Positions 8,401 to 16,951 are shown, numbered from the stretch's first letter. The stretch: DNA of 64,000 bases from an uncultured Alphaproteobacteria bacterium (GCA_902563505.1 CACEXK010000003.1:19076-83075); one strand, 5' to 3'. Translations and numbers: made by a program. Notes: generated by a model not told the origin, from the sequence alone.

Positions 8401-10832
8401 GCAGTTACACCTGTTTTTCCTGAAAAATTATTAATAGCATTAGATAAGTTAGTCAGATTAGTTGATAAAACTGAAGCACTGATGCTTGCATCGTTATTTA
8501 CCCCACTCTTACTTTTTAATGAAAATGAAATTGTCCCGCTTAAATTTGGAGGAAAAAATTTAACTCTTGAAATAGCGTTTGCTTCAACACCTAAAGAAGA
8601 TGCATTTTCATTAATTAATTTTGCAACATAACCAGCTGATGATTCAATTGGTACCGAAATATCTTTAGACTTTCCTGTTGATGTAGAATTTACAGTTAGT
8701 GTATATGCGGCCGCAACATGACTTGCAGGAATTTCAGTTGCAGCTCTTTGAGCGCTGGCTAAAGCTCCATTTGCTCCGTAACTTATAATATAATTACCAG
8801 ATGTTGTTGATCTTGAGATATCTATACCTCTATATTTTTCTGTTCCAGTACCATTCAAGTAGTCCGCTCGATACTCTAATGATTGAGAAAAACCATTTTC
8901 TTCTGTAAGATACTCTGCAACTTCTGCATCAGTAAGAACTGTTCCAGCCAAATGTCTTCCTTCACGAGTAAAAATTTGCATTTGACTCGCAACTGTAATT
9001 GATGGGTTTGTGACATTACCGTTAATTGTTGTTCCAGATGTAATAGCGCCTGAGGAAAATTGTTTATTATTACTTGCAATCGTTAAAGTTGATCCTCCCC
9101 CGGCAGCAAAAAGGCCCATTGATCTAAAACTATGATTGTTTCCTTGAACATCTCTACTTCGGTTTAAAACATCAGCTAATTCCTCTATTGTAGTAACTCC
9201 AGTTAAATCAACAGTTACTGATGATGAATCAGCCATTGTAACTCTAATGCTAGTTGCAGATGTAATATCGGTGGCCGACAATCCAAATTGCAATTGAGGT
9301 TGACTCTGGTATGAGCTTAAATTAACGAATGATGCTCCCGCAGGAATTACAGCAGCGCCCCCATCAGTCGAAAACTGAGAGGCTGTTACCGGACTTAAAC
9401 CATTCGAAAAAACTGAGTCGATATTTTTAAGTGTGGTTTTGTCTTTTTGATTTATCAAAGCCATTTCTTCTAACTTGGCTGAGCCTATGTTACTAGAGCT
9501 TGCGCTTATCAAAGTTGTGGCTGCAGCTGCTATGTCTTGCGGTCTTGTTAAAAGAAAATCCATCCCTTTTGCAGGACTGGTTGGAACAATTGAAAATTCA
9601 TCGCCATCTAGTGCATTCCCATAAAATGAAAGTTTAAATCCTTCTGTTTCTAGAATCTCCCTTCCAACAACTGGCTCTTCCAGAGTTGGAGCAGTTAAAG
9701 TCCAAACATTTTCCTTTTGATTATAAATCACATTATAATTTTGACTCGTAACTTTCTCGGGATCGGTAACAAAAACTGCTACCCCAACATTTGATCGATT
9801 GGTTGGATTTTCAACAGCTTCTAAACTAGAAACCGTAAACATTTGTTTTCCTTTTTTTCCGTCAAGATTCAGACCAGACATGTTAATTTCATTAAATTTT
9901 TGTGATAATAATGTGGCTAAACTATCTATTTCATTGAGTGTATCATCAGCCAATGCATAAGAGTCCACTAGACCTGCAATAATTCCACCTTGGATTTGAT
10001 TGGTTGCAGTATTACCGGCCCCAACTGTAGCTTGTAATCTTGATCCTCTTTTAAGAACATCTATGTCAGTTGTTGTATTTCCAACCTTTGATGCAGATGT
10101 ATCTGCTTCAACAATTACTGGGCCTGAGCCTGTATTTCCTAACCTAATTTCAGCAGCTCCTTTGTTTATGTAAGAAACAGAAATTTGAGCTACTGCTGAC
10201 AACTGATCTATTAAAACATCTCTTTGATCTAATAATGCATTTGAACTATTTCCTGCACCACCAGAAGCGAGTAATTTTGAATTGATTGTTGAAATTTGTT
10301 TTGTAAGTAAATTTACCGATGTAACTGCATTTTTTGATTTATCAAAAATTTTATCTTTTAAATTATCTATTCGGGTTGCATATAAGTTAAATTGTCCAGC
10401 TAAATCTTTGCCTTTTTCTATAGCAATAATTCTAGGTGCTTGATCATCGGGAGCTGCTGCTATCTGTTGCAATGAATTAAAAAAATCACCTATTGCACTA
10501 CTTAAATTTGCATCACTAGGTAATAATAAATTTTCTAAATCCTTCACCTCTTGCATATAAGAGTCAGCTTTTTCAAACAATGATGAAGTTTGTCTTACTT
10601 TATCTGTCAAAAATTGATCAAATGCTCTTTTTATATCTTCAACTCTGACACCCAGACCCGTTTGATCTGAAATCTCTGTGACTCCTCCTCCAGCTCCAGA
10701 AACCTCCTGAAGACTTGTCTCTCTTTTTTTATATCCATCAGTATTTATATTTGCAATATTCTGCCCTGTTACTGCTAATGATTGCCTGTAAGCCTGAAGT
10801 CCACTTTTACCTATGTCAAATAAACTTGGCAT
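5448..10832 (-). CDS. flgK: Giant flagellar hook-associated protein 1 (1794 aa)
   Basis: The N-terminus (MPSLFDIGKSGLQAYRQSLAVTGQNIANINTDGYKKRE) and C-terminus (...VSLDEEAAALIQFQQAFSANARIIQTARELFESLMMV) are canonical FlgK terminal helices. The gene lies between flgJ and flgL. About 1100-1200 extra residues sit in the middle. Confidence 0.9.
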   Translation of the reverse strand: MPSLFDIGKSGLQAYRQSLAVTGQNIANINTDGYKKRETSLQEVSGAGGGVTEISDQTGLGVRVEDIKRAFDQFLTDKVRQTSSLFEKADSYMQEVKDLENLLLPSDANLSSAIGDFFNSLQQIAAAPDDQAPRIIAIEKGKDLAGQFNLYATRIDNLKDKIFDKSKNAVTSVNLLTKQISTINSKLLASGGAGNSSNALLDQRDVLIDQLSAVAQISVSYINKGAAEIRLGNTGSGPVIVEADTSASKVGNTTTDIDVLKRGSRLQATVGAGNTATNQIQGGIIAGLVDSYALADDTLNEIDSLATLLSQKFNEINMSGLNLDGKKGKQMFTVSSLEAVENPTNRSNVGVAVFVTDPEKVTSQNYNVIYNQKENVWTLTAPTLEEPVVGREILETEGFKLSFYGNALDGDEFSIVPTSPAKGMDFLLTRPQDIAAAATTLISASSSNIGSAKLEEMALINQKDKTTLKNIDSVFSNGLSPVTASQFSTDGGAAVIPAGASFVNLSSYQSQPQLQFGLSATDITSATSIRVTMADSSSVTVDLTGVTTIEELADVLNRSRDVQGNNHSFRSMGLFAAGGGSTLTIASNNKQFSSGAITSGTTINGNVTNPSITVASQMQIFTREGRHLAGTVLTDAEVAEYLTEENGFSQSLEYRADYLNGTGTEKYRGIDISRSTTSGNYIISYGANGALASAQRAATEIPASHVAAAYTLTVNSTSTGKSKDISVPIESSAGYVAKLINENASSLGVEANAISRVKFFPPNLSGTISFSLKSKSGVNNDASISASVLSTNLTNLSNAINNFSGKTGVTAILSSDKSHLILENKDGDDIQISNFSTSDTLTKNTTGLGSSASVTIPYTSHGFSTGDKVIYTAGGTALGNLTNGQTYYAIYQDDNNFKLASSLANAKSGTAITVGGSGGSATDKFTHPITLEVLKSDFSSFSSPVTVDLDGNSYKAARLSGELQIESSSAITTSNDGGSTTVTATQNAFKDGFLNVTTSSTGEIKTIKPLVLDGDFSAGHPDGLSSNSSIVSYGLTLPATDTGSAFGTTVDVSAFDDLSTGEVSKKIAEALRADSPSIEISGKSIASIPIDGSSFKVNHDGLTYTLTMENGEVVVSGGEKNLLNAYFDDPDPITINTTSLNGTQTIPSTEHGLETGDAVVYNAAEKVIVDTTQFNSTVTITAPNHGFSTQDPVVYKAGSSIPISGLTSGTTYFAIAVDANSFKLATTSGNAGSGTAITITGSSGGSVSDSFSSPRAGLVDGETYYAVKVDDHNFKLASSYTLATNDTPSVLTIGTGNIGGNSADTFDPGKSLYISAGKTISASQFSFAVDTTNDENAKLFGMEPDEVSTTITGTEINNLTVSGATPAVSTTHMHFTYGREKPYDIGLSCNTRTVNTTSAVSANQITANAHGFKTGDKLHYDTSSALNGLSNDASYFAVVTGANTFKLASSYANATADTPVTMTIGGSGGHASDKFTSVVGAIYNDDFPGGSPVTNLGISIELEQVSDGKMQISIVKQADKGQIVMENPKYASNGTWSESFGFKTNQTHVNVIDDSIRVQSFASDAKASKAVNIGVPANSVKSLIGNNLSISNLPPEDLIIVMTGNGSKKIASNYGEILPPQETSELKLVIDSDNNKKVEILDADTNHSIATRLIPDSGIITASGKTLRLVGEASVKDSFSITNNNDGVGDNRNILQMIDLQEADVNGINSGSFQDIFNATAAEIGSNVRSSQLSVEDAQASLDEAKAKEDESAGVSLDEEAAALIQFQQAFSANARIIQTARELFESLMMVVSK
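6402..8252 (-). repeat. Protein-level repeat modules (~68-70 aa) inside FlgK
   Basis: The pattern is HGF.TGD.v.Y....(5-8)..GL..G..Y(Y/F)A(I/V)......FKLA(S/T)S...A..(G/D)T(A/P).(T/I)..G.GG...D.F. Full copies lie at 8049-8252 (aa 861-928), 7071-7280 (aa 1185-1254) and 6402-6605 (aa 1410-1477). Half-units lie at 7281-7382 (aa 1151-1184) and 6906-7070 (aa 1255-1309). Confidence 0.85.
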
Positions 10833-11140
10833 TATTTAACAACCTTTCCTTTACTAAATTGCCTAACTAAGGCTTCAGCAATCCCAAAGTTTTGACCTTG
10901 AGAAATTGTTTTCGAATATTCTTGATCTAAAAGAGATTGATAAGTTTCTGTACCTTTATTTGAAAAAATACCATCTGATAGTTTTGCATTTCTAGCATTC
11001 TTGAGCATTTGAAAAACAAATAAAGATTCGAATTCTTGAGCAACTTCTTCTAGAGAAGTATCTTGATTAAATTTATTTTTTTTATTTTGAATATGATCAT
11101 CAAGATGGAATTTCGTGTTATTAAGTGGATAGTTTTTCAT
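10832..11140 (-). CDS. flgJ: Rod-binding protein (FlgJ N-terminal domain only, 102 aa)
   Basis: It has the rod-binding pattern (...EFESLFVFQMLKNARN...YQSLLDQEYSKTIS...GIAEALVRQF) and sits between flgI and flgK. There is no muramidase domain. Its stop shares one nucleotide with the flgK ATG (TAATG). Confidence 0.8.
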   Translation of the reverse strand: MKNYPLNNTKFHLDDHIQNKKNKFNQDTSLEEVAQEFESLFVFQMLKNARNAKLSDGIFSNKGTETYQSLLDQEYSKTISQGQNFGIAEALVRQFSKGKVVK

Positions 11141-11152
11141 TTTGATCTATTC

Positions 11153-12283
11153 CTAAATAATTATAAGTTCAGCTCTTAGAGAACCAGCCTCCCTTAATGC
11201 CTCAAGAATAGCAACCATATCAGTTGCTGTTGTGCCTGTTTCATTTAAAGCATCAACAAGAGTCTGCAATTGAATTCCTGGATCAAAGACAAAGGCTCTA
11301 GCAGGTTGTTGATCAACTTCTATTTGTGTATCTGCAGCAGTCGTTGCAGCGGTTCCCGCAACAGTTGCTGATGTTCCAACCACAGTTCCGGTTCCTTCTG
11401 ATAGTAATTTTGTATCTTCTTGAATTTTTACACTCAAACTTCCATGGGCAACTGCAGCTGGTGAAATTCTCACATCACCACCAATTACTACTGTGCCAGT
11501 TCTTGAATTAACTACAACCTTTGCTTTTGGACTAACAGGTTCAAAATTAACATTTTCAAGTAATCCAATAAAAGAAACTTTTTGAGATGGATTAGTAGGT
11601 GTTCTTACTTTTATAGAAGTTGAATCAAGTGGAACCGCTACATCAGGACCAAAGGTTTCATTAATTGCCTCAGCAATATTATCTGCCTGAGAGAAATCTG
11701 CTTGGTGAAGGTTTAAAACTATATTGTCTTTTTCTAAAAAACTATTTTCAACCAACTTTTCAACTGTTGCACCACCAGGAATTCTTCCAACAGTTGGAGT
11801 TCCTTGAATTGTACTTGAGCCATCTGCCCCTTCAATTCCAAGTCCACCCACGACTAAGTTTCCTTGAGCAATTGCATATACTTCACCATCAGCTCCTTTC
11901 AAAGCTGTCATTAACAAAGTTCCACCCTTTAATGATTTTGCTTTTCCTATTGTAGAAACTGTAATATCTATCGTCTGACCAGGTTTTGCAAAAGGAGGAA
12001 GGTTTGCAGTGACCATAACATTCGCTGCATTTGTCGCATCAATGTCAGAGGTAGCAGCAATTACACCAAACTGCGAGACCATTGCAGCAATACTTTGCTT
12101 TGTTAAATTTACACTTCCATCACCAGTCTTAGCTAAACCAATAACTAGACCATAACCAACAAGTTGGTTTGATCTAACTCCAGCCACAGACGCCATATCT
12201 TTTATTCTATCGGCAAATGCAATATCGCTGACAAATAAAATTAGTAAAAAATATAAAACTTTTATTCTATTTTTCATAAGCAT
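11153..12283 (-). CDS. flgI: Flagellar P-ring protein
   Basis: A signal peptide is followed by [31 protein letters not shown], and the C-terminus reads ...[21 protein letters not shown]. Confidence 0.95.
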   Translation of the reverse strand: MLMKNRIKVLYFLLILFVSDIAFADRIKDMASVAGVRSNQLVGYGLVIGLAKTGDGSVNLTKQSIAAMVSQFGVIAATSDIDATNAANVMVTANLPPFAKPGQTIDITVSTIGKAKSLKGGTLLMTALKGADGEVYAIAQGNLVVGGLGIEGADGSSTIQGTPTVGRIPGGATVEKLVENSFLEKDNIVLNLHQADFSQADNIAEAINETFGPDVAVPLDSTSIKVRTPTNPSQKVSFIGLLENVNFEPVSPKAKVVVNSRTGTVVIGGDVRISPAAVAHGSLSVKIQEDTKLLSEGTGTVVGTSATVAGTAATTAADTQIEVDQQPARAFVFDPGIQLQTLVDALNETGTTATDMVAILEALREAGSLRAELIII

Positions 12284-12975
12284 TAAAAAGGCGATACATA
12301 AGCAAAGTATCTACCTAACCATCCTCTTGTTACACTATCATTCATATCACCAGTGCCAGTGTAAGATATTTGAGCATCGGCAACTTTAGTTGATGAAACT
12401 GAGTTTGATGAGGAAATATCTTCAGGTCTTATTACACCAGACACTCTGATGTATTCAGTGCCGCTGTTATAAGATAATTTTCTTTCTCCTTTTACTTCTA
12501 AATTACCATTAGGAAAAACTCTAACCACAGTCACTGAAATTGTACCAGTCAAACTGTTAGCCTGAGCTGCAGTTCCTGTTCCAGTGAAAGCTTGCGTAGT
12601 TCCACCCCTTAAATTATCCTCTTTAACTCCCCCTGGAAATAAAAATTTCCCTATGAAAGAGCTTGGCCCGAAGATTGCCTCTGGTAAGTCAAATGTATAC
12701 GAGTCTGATTTAGACAAAGTTTCTGATCCAGAATTTGCTGCGCTTAAATTTTCCTCAAGCGTAACTGTAATGATATCACCAACATTATTCGCGCGTCTGT
12801 CAGACGCAAATAATCCACCATTTCCAGTATATACTGCTCCTTCAGAAGTTGCATTTTTTGGTTCAAAATTAGTAAAATCAGGTTGAATACTTTTAAATTC
12901 CTGCCCAACCTTATTTTCCATATAACTTGCGCATCCAAAAAGAGGTAGTAAAAATATAATTAAAATAAATCTCAT
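12283..12975 (-). CDS. flgH: Flagellar L-ring lipoprotein
   Basis: It has a lipobox (LFGC) and FlgH core motifs ([19 protein letters not shown]..., ...[19 protein letters not shown]). Confidence 0.93.
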   Translation of the reverse strand: MRFILIIFLLPLFGCASYMENKVGQEFKSIQPDFTNFEPKNATSEGAVYTGNGGLFASDRRANNVGDIITVTLEENLSAANSGSETLSKSDSYTFDLPEAIFGPSSFIGKFLFPGGVKEDNLRGGTTQAFTGTGTAAQANSLTGTISVTVVRVFPNGNLEVKGERKLSYNSGTEYIRVSGVIRPEDISSSNSVSSTKVADAQISYTGTGDMNDSVTRGWLGRYFAYVSPF

Positions 12976-12983
12976 ATATTCAC

Positions 12984-13772
12984 CTATAGATTGCTATTAA
13001 CAAATCTTAACATTTCATCAACTGAGGTGATTGCTTTAGAATTGACCTCGTAGGCTCTTTGAGTTTCAATCATATCAACTAATTCTTGAACCACATTAAC
13101 ATTTGAAGCTTCAAGCGAGCCTTGAACTAATTTTCCAAAACCAGCATTAAATGGGTTTTCAAGAACAGGAGGGCCACTTGCTGGAGTTTCAACATAAAAG
13201 TTTTCTCCTACAGGTTGAAGTCCGTTTCTATTTTGAAAATCTGCAAGCTGAAGCTGTCCAACTTCCTGAGCATCAACCTGACCAGGAACTTGAACTGAAA
13301 TAATACCATCAGAAGATACATTTATTTTTGTCGCCTCTGCAGGTATTGCAATTTCTGGTTGAATTATAAAACCACTATTTGTTGTGAGGATGCCTTCATC
13401 ATTTCTAGAAAATGCTCCATTTCTAGTATAAACAATCTGTCCATCAGGAAGTAAGACTTGGAAGAAGCCACCTCCGTCAATTGCTAAATCAAGAGAGTTA
13501 TCAGTTGAAACAATTGGTCCTTGAGAATGAAATTTGTTTGAGTTTACAATGCTTACTCCAGTTCCAACGGAAAAACCGGAAGTTAATTCTGTATCAACAG
13601 AAGTTTGAGCGCCACTACTTCTAATTATTTGATAAAGTAATGATTCAAAATTTGCTCTATCTCTTTTAAATCCATTTGTATTAACGTTGGCTAAATTGTT
13701 TGAAATTATCTGCATTCTTACTTGTTGGGCATTTAACCCAGTTTTCGCAACATGCATCGCATTTATACTCAT
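12984..13772 (-). CDS. flgG: Flagellar distal rod protein
   Basis: The N-terminus is MSINAMHVAKTGLNAQQVRMQIISNNLANVNTNGFKRDR and the C-terminus is ...LEASNVNVVQELVDMIETQRAYEVNSKAITSVDEML. At 262 aa the size is typical of FlgG. Confidence 0.93.
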   Translation of the reverse strand: MSINAMHVAKTGLNAQQVRMQIISNNLANVNTNGFKRDRANFESLLYQIIRSSGAQTSVDTELTSGFSVGTGVSIVNSNKFHSQGPIVSTDNSLDLAIDGGGFFQVLLPDGQIVYTRNGAFSRNDEGILTTNSGFIIQPEIAIPAEATKINVSSDGIISVQVPGQVDAQEVGQLQLADFQNRNGLQPVGENFYVETPASGPPVLENPFNAGFGKLVQGSLEASNVNVVQELVDMIETQRAYEVNSKAITSVDEMLRFVNSNL

Positions 13773-13808
13773 TTTATCCTCTTTCTTAGCTAGATTTTCC
13801 AGATAAAC

Positions 13809-13824
13809 TGCAAACCTTGTGCCA
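13809..13824 (-). promoter_or_regulatory. Sigma-54 -24/-12 promoter for flgG (flgGHIJK[L] operon)
   Basis: The minus strand reads TGGCAC-AAGGT-TTGCA, a full consensus match. The predicted TSS is near 13798. The ~26-nt leader contains an AAGAGGA Shine-Dalgarno before the ATG at 13772. Confidence 0.8.
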
Positions 13825-13870
13825 TAAAAATTAAATTATAAAAGACTATTTTTTTTGTTTTTCAAATATT

Positions 13871-14344
13871 ATGATTAAGAATGAATTGATAACTATACTG
13901 GGGGGTATTATGCAAAAACTTGATTCAAAAAAAACAATCAATATTTTAAATGAAATTTTAAAATATGAACTTGCGGGTGTAGTGAAGTATACTCATTTTG
14001 CACTAATGGTGACTGGTCCTAATAGAATTACCCTTGATAAGTTTTTTAAAGAACAAGCAGAAGAATCTTTGGAGCATGCTCAGGCAGCCGGTGAATTATT
14101 GACTGGGCTTGGGGGTCATCCTGAACAAACCATTCCTAATATAGAAGAAACTAATCAGCATTCTGTTAAAAATCTTCTTATGGAAAGCTTACACCATGAG
14201 GAAAAAGCTGTTTCACTTTACAAAGATTTACTTGATTGCTCTGAAAACAAAAGTTTATATGTTGAAGAATATTCAAGAGAAATGATTAAACAAGAGGAAA
14301 TGCATAGTGTTGAGCTAAAAAAAATGCTAAGAGACTATAATTAG
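13871..14344 (+). CDS. Bacterioferritin-like (ferritin-like di-iron) protein
   Basis: A four-helix pattern carries di-iron ligand motifs (..YEL.., ..EESLEHAQ.., ..HHEEKAV.., ..EEMHSVEL..). The real start may be the internal Met at 13910 (MQKLDSKK...). Confidence 0.7.
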   Translation: MIKNELITILGGIMQKLDSKKTINILNEILKYELAGVVKYTHFALMVTGPNRITLDKFFKEQAEESLEHAQAAGELLTGLGGHPEQTIPNIEETNQHSVKNLLMESLHHEEKAVSLYKDLLDCSENKSLYVEEYSREMIKQEEMHSVELKKMLRDYN

Positions 14345-14356
14345 TTTCTCAGATGA

Positions 14357-15250
14357 ATGTTTTATAAATTTAGCTTTGTTCTTTTTATATTATTTTTCTT
14401 ATTATTAAGTTTTTATAATCCAGACTTATTAAGTTCCATAAAATCGCTAATACCAATCCTTTTAGGTATTGTGATGTTGGGAATGGGTTTGACAATCAAG
14501 TGGCTCGATATCAAAGAAGTTATATCAAAGCCAATCTGGATAACTGTTTCAGTTACACTTCAATTCGTTGTAATGCCAATCACCGCTTTTTTATTAACTA
14601 AGATTTTTGGGCTAAATAGTGAAATTGCGCTTGGTATTATAATTTTAGGATGTTGTCCTGGAGGGACTGCATCTAATGTAATAACATATTTATGTAATGG
14701 AAATGTCGCTTTATCTGTTATGAGCACACTTACTTCAACTTTACTATCAATAATATTCACTCCATTATTAATTTCTTTCATAGCCAATGAAAATATTCAA
14801 ATCAATACCTTAGAATTAATAAAGTCAGTCTTTCTTATTGTTTTTTTTCCCGTAACAGCAGGTTTATTAATAAATTTCTTTTTTAAAAATCTAGAAAATT
14901 TTATTAGATTTTTACCAAAGTTTTCTGAATTAATAATAGCACTTATAATTGGAATCATTATTTCCTTGAACTCAGAAAATATTATGAATATTCAAAACAA
15001 TCTAATCTTTTGTATTATACTGCATAATATAATTGGTCTTGTTGTTGGATATTTTTGTGCATCTTTGTTAAGTTTACCAAAAAATGTAAAAAAAACTATT
15101 TCAATTGAAGTAGGTATGCAAAACTCTGGTTTAGGTATGGCATTGGCTTTAATTCATTTTACAAAAGTCGTTGCTTTACCATCAGCTATTTTTAGTTTAT
15201 GGCACAATATTTCTGCTGTAGGGCTTGTTTATTTTTGGAAAAAAAAATAA
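14357..15250 (+). CDS. Bile acid:Na+ symporter (BASS) family transporter
   Basis: A polytopic membrane protein with the GCCPGGTASNV motif characteristic of the BASS/ACR3 superfamily. Confidence 0.8.
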   Translation: MFYKFSFVLFILFFLLLSFYNPDLLSSIKSLIPILLGIVMLGMGLTIKWLDIKEVISKPIWITVSVTLQFVVMPITAFLLTKIFGLNSEIALGIIILGCCPGGTASNVITYLCNGNVALSVMSTLTSTLLSIIFTPLLISFIANENIQINTLELIKSVFLIVFFPVTAGLLINFFFKNLENFIRFLPKFSELIIALIIGIIISLNSENIMNIQNNLIFCIILHNIIGLVVGYFCASLLSLPKNVKKTISIEVGMQNSGLGMALALIHFTKVVALPSAIFSLWHNISAVGLVYFWKKK

Positions 15251-15285
15251 ATTATAGTTTTAATTTTTCAAGAAAGGTCAATTAA

Positions 15286-15513
15286 ATGGAAATAAGTGCA
15301 AAAAATCAAATGAGAGGCATTGTAGCTTCTGTAATTCATGGATCTAGTTATTCACAAGTTGCTGTTGAACAATCAGATGCTGACGGAGTCACATCAGGGA
15401 GTTTTATTCACGCTGCTATTCCCGTAGATATTTGTAAAAAAATGGAATTATCTAAAGGTGATCATGTAACCTGTATTTTTCCAGCAGCAACAGTAATTCT
15501 TGCAAAGCATTAA
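15286..15513 (+). CDS. Mop/TOBE-domain molybdate- or tungstate-binding protein (75 aa)
   Basis: A single TOBE-like domain: EISAKNQMRGIVASVIHGSSYSQVAVE...AAIPVDICKKMELSKGDHVTCIFPAATVILAK. Confidence 0.7.
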   Translation: MEISAKNQMRGIVASVIHGSSYSQVAVEQSDADGVTSGSFIHAAIPVDICKKMELSKGDHVTCIFPAATVILAKH

Positions 15514-15531
15514 TTTTTTCCATAAAAAAAA

Positions 15532-16227
15532 GTGGAAATTATTTTAAAATCATTTGATCTGATTTTTTCATTTGATGATAGTTTATATGAAATAATTTTT
15601 TTATCTCTCAAAGTATCAATTCTAGCATTATTAATTTCAATTTTTCTTGGAATGCCAATATCAGCATTGCTAGCAATAAAAGAATTCTTTTTCAAGAAAA
15701 CATTGAAAATTTTTTTTAATTCAATGATGGCACTGCCACCAGTTTTTGTTGGTCTTTTTTTATATATTCTATTCTCTAAAAGTGGGCCCTTAGGTTTCTT
15801 TGAAATTTTATATACACCAATTATTATGGTTATCGCTCAAGTAATTATTATTCTTCCTATCATTGTATCAATTACAACTGATAAATTAGAAAGTATTTTT
15901 AATGAATATAAAGAATTATTTCATATTCTTGAAGCCAATGATTTTGATAAAATTCTGAGTGTTTTGTGGGATGCAAGATTTTCAATGCTCACATGTATTG
16001 TTGCTGGTTTAGGTAGAGCACTGTCAGAGGTCGGAGCCATAATAATTGTTGGAGGAAATATTATTCATTATACAAGAGTGATGACCACAACAATTGCTTT
16101 AGAAACATCAAGAGGAAATTTGACATTAGCAATGTCTTTAGGAATCATATTAATATTTATTGCATTAATTCTAAACTCATCTGCTTTAATTCTTAAATTT
16201 ATAGCAGTGAAGGCTAGTTATGAATAA
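15532..16227 (+). CDS. ABC transporter permease, tungstate (TupB)-like
   Basis: GTG start. About 5-6 TM segments. The EAA-type loop (GLGRALSEVGAIIIVGGNIIHYTRVMTTTIALETSRG) resembles anion (tungstate/molybdate) permeases. The Mop gene lies directly upstream. Confidence 0.6.
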   Translation: MEIILKSFDLIFSFDDSLYEIIFLSLKVSILALLISIFLGMPISALLAIKEFFFKKTLKIFFNSMMALPPVFVGLFLYILFSKSGPLGFFEILYTPIIMVIAQVIIILPIIVSITTDKLESIFNEYKELFHILEANDFDKILSVLWDARFSMLTCIVAGLGRALSEVGAIIIVGGNIIHYTRVMTTTIALETSRGNLTLAMSLGIILIFIALILNSSALILKFIAVKASYE

Positions 16228-16912
16228 AAAATTTATAATAAACCTAGAAAATATTAATCTAAGTATTTCAAATAAATTATTTTTTAAAAATCTTTCAATA
16301 AAGTTTTCTAATAAAGGTCTTTCAGTAATATTAGGTCCGAATGGTTCTGGAAAAACCCTTCTAACAAAAGTAATAAATGGAATGTTAAAAGTAGATAGCG
16401 GGAAGATTTCGTTTAAAAATAAAAGAATAAAAATTGGTTACTCACCTCAAAAAATTGTTTTTTTAAGAAGAACTGTTTTCGAAAATCTTTTATATCCAAT
16501 GAAAATCAAAAGATATAAAAATAAAAAAGCTATTGAAAGGGTAAATTTTCTTTTAAATGAATTTAAGATCTATGACAAAAAATATGTTTCAGCAAGGAGT
16601 CTGTCTGGAGGGCTTGCACAATATGTTTCTTTTATTAGATCAATTATAATAGATCCAAATATTTTGATCTTAGATGAGCCTTGTTCAAACTTAGACAATG
16701 ATTTTAAAAAAAAAATTGAAAAGTATTTAATGAAAGAAAAAAAATCAAAAAAAATTATTCTAGTGACTCATGATATTTTCCAAGCAAAGAGACTGGCTGA
16801 TGAAATTATTATGTTAAATGAAGGAAAATTGATAGAAAGTAGCCAAAAAGAATCTTTCATTAACTCAAGTAATCATTTAGTTAAAAGATTTTTATGCAAT
16901 AATATTTTGTAA
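16220..16912 (+). CDS. ABC transporter ATP-binding protein
   Basis: Walker A (GPNGSGKT), signature (LSGGLAQ) and Walker B (ILILDEP) are present. It overlaps the permease gene by 8 nt. Confidence 0.85.
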   Translation: MNKKFIINLENINLSISNKLFFKNLSIKFSNKGLSVILGPNGSGKTLLTKVINGMLKVDSGKISFKNKRIKIGYSPQKIVFLRRTVFENLLYPMKIKRYKNKKAIERVNFLLNEFKIYDKKYVSARSLSGGLAQYVSFIRSIIIDPNILILDEPCSNLDNDFKKKIEKYLMKEKKSKKIILVTHDIFQAKRLADEIIMLNEGKLIESSQKESFINSSNHLVKRFLCNNIL

Positions 16913-16951
16913 TATTATAAAGTATTATACAAAAAAACACTCACTCAATAA

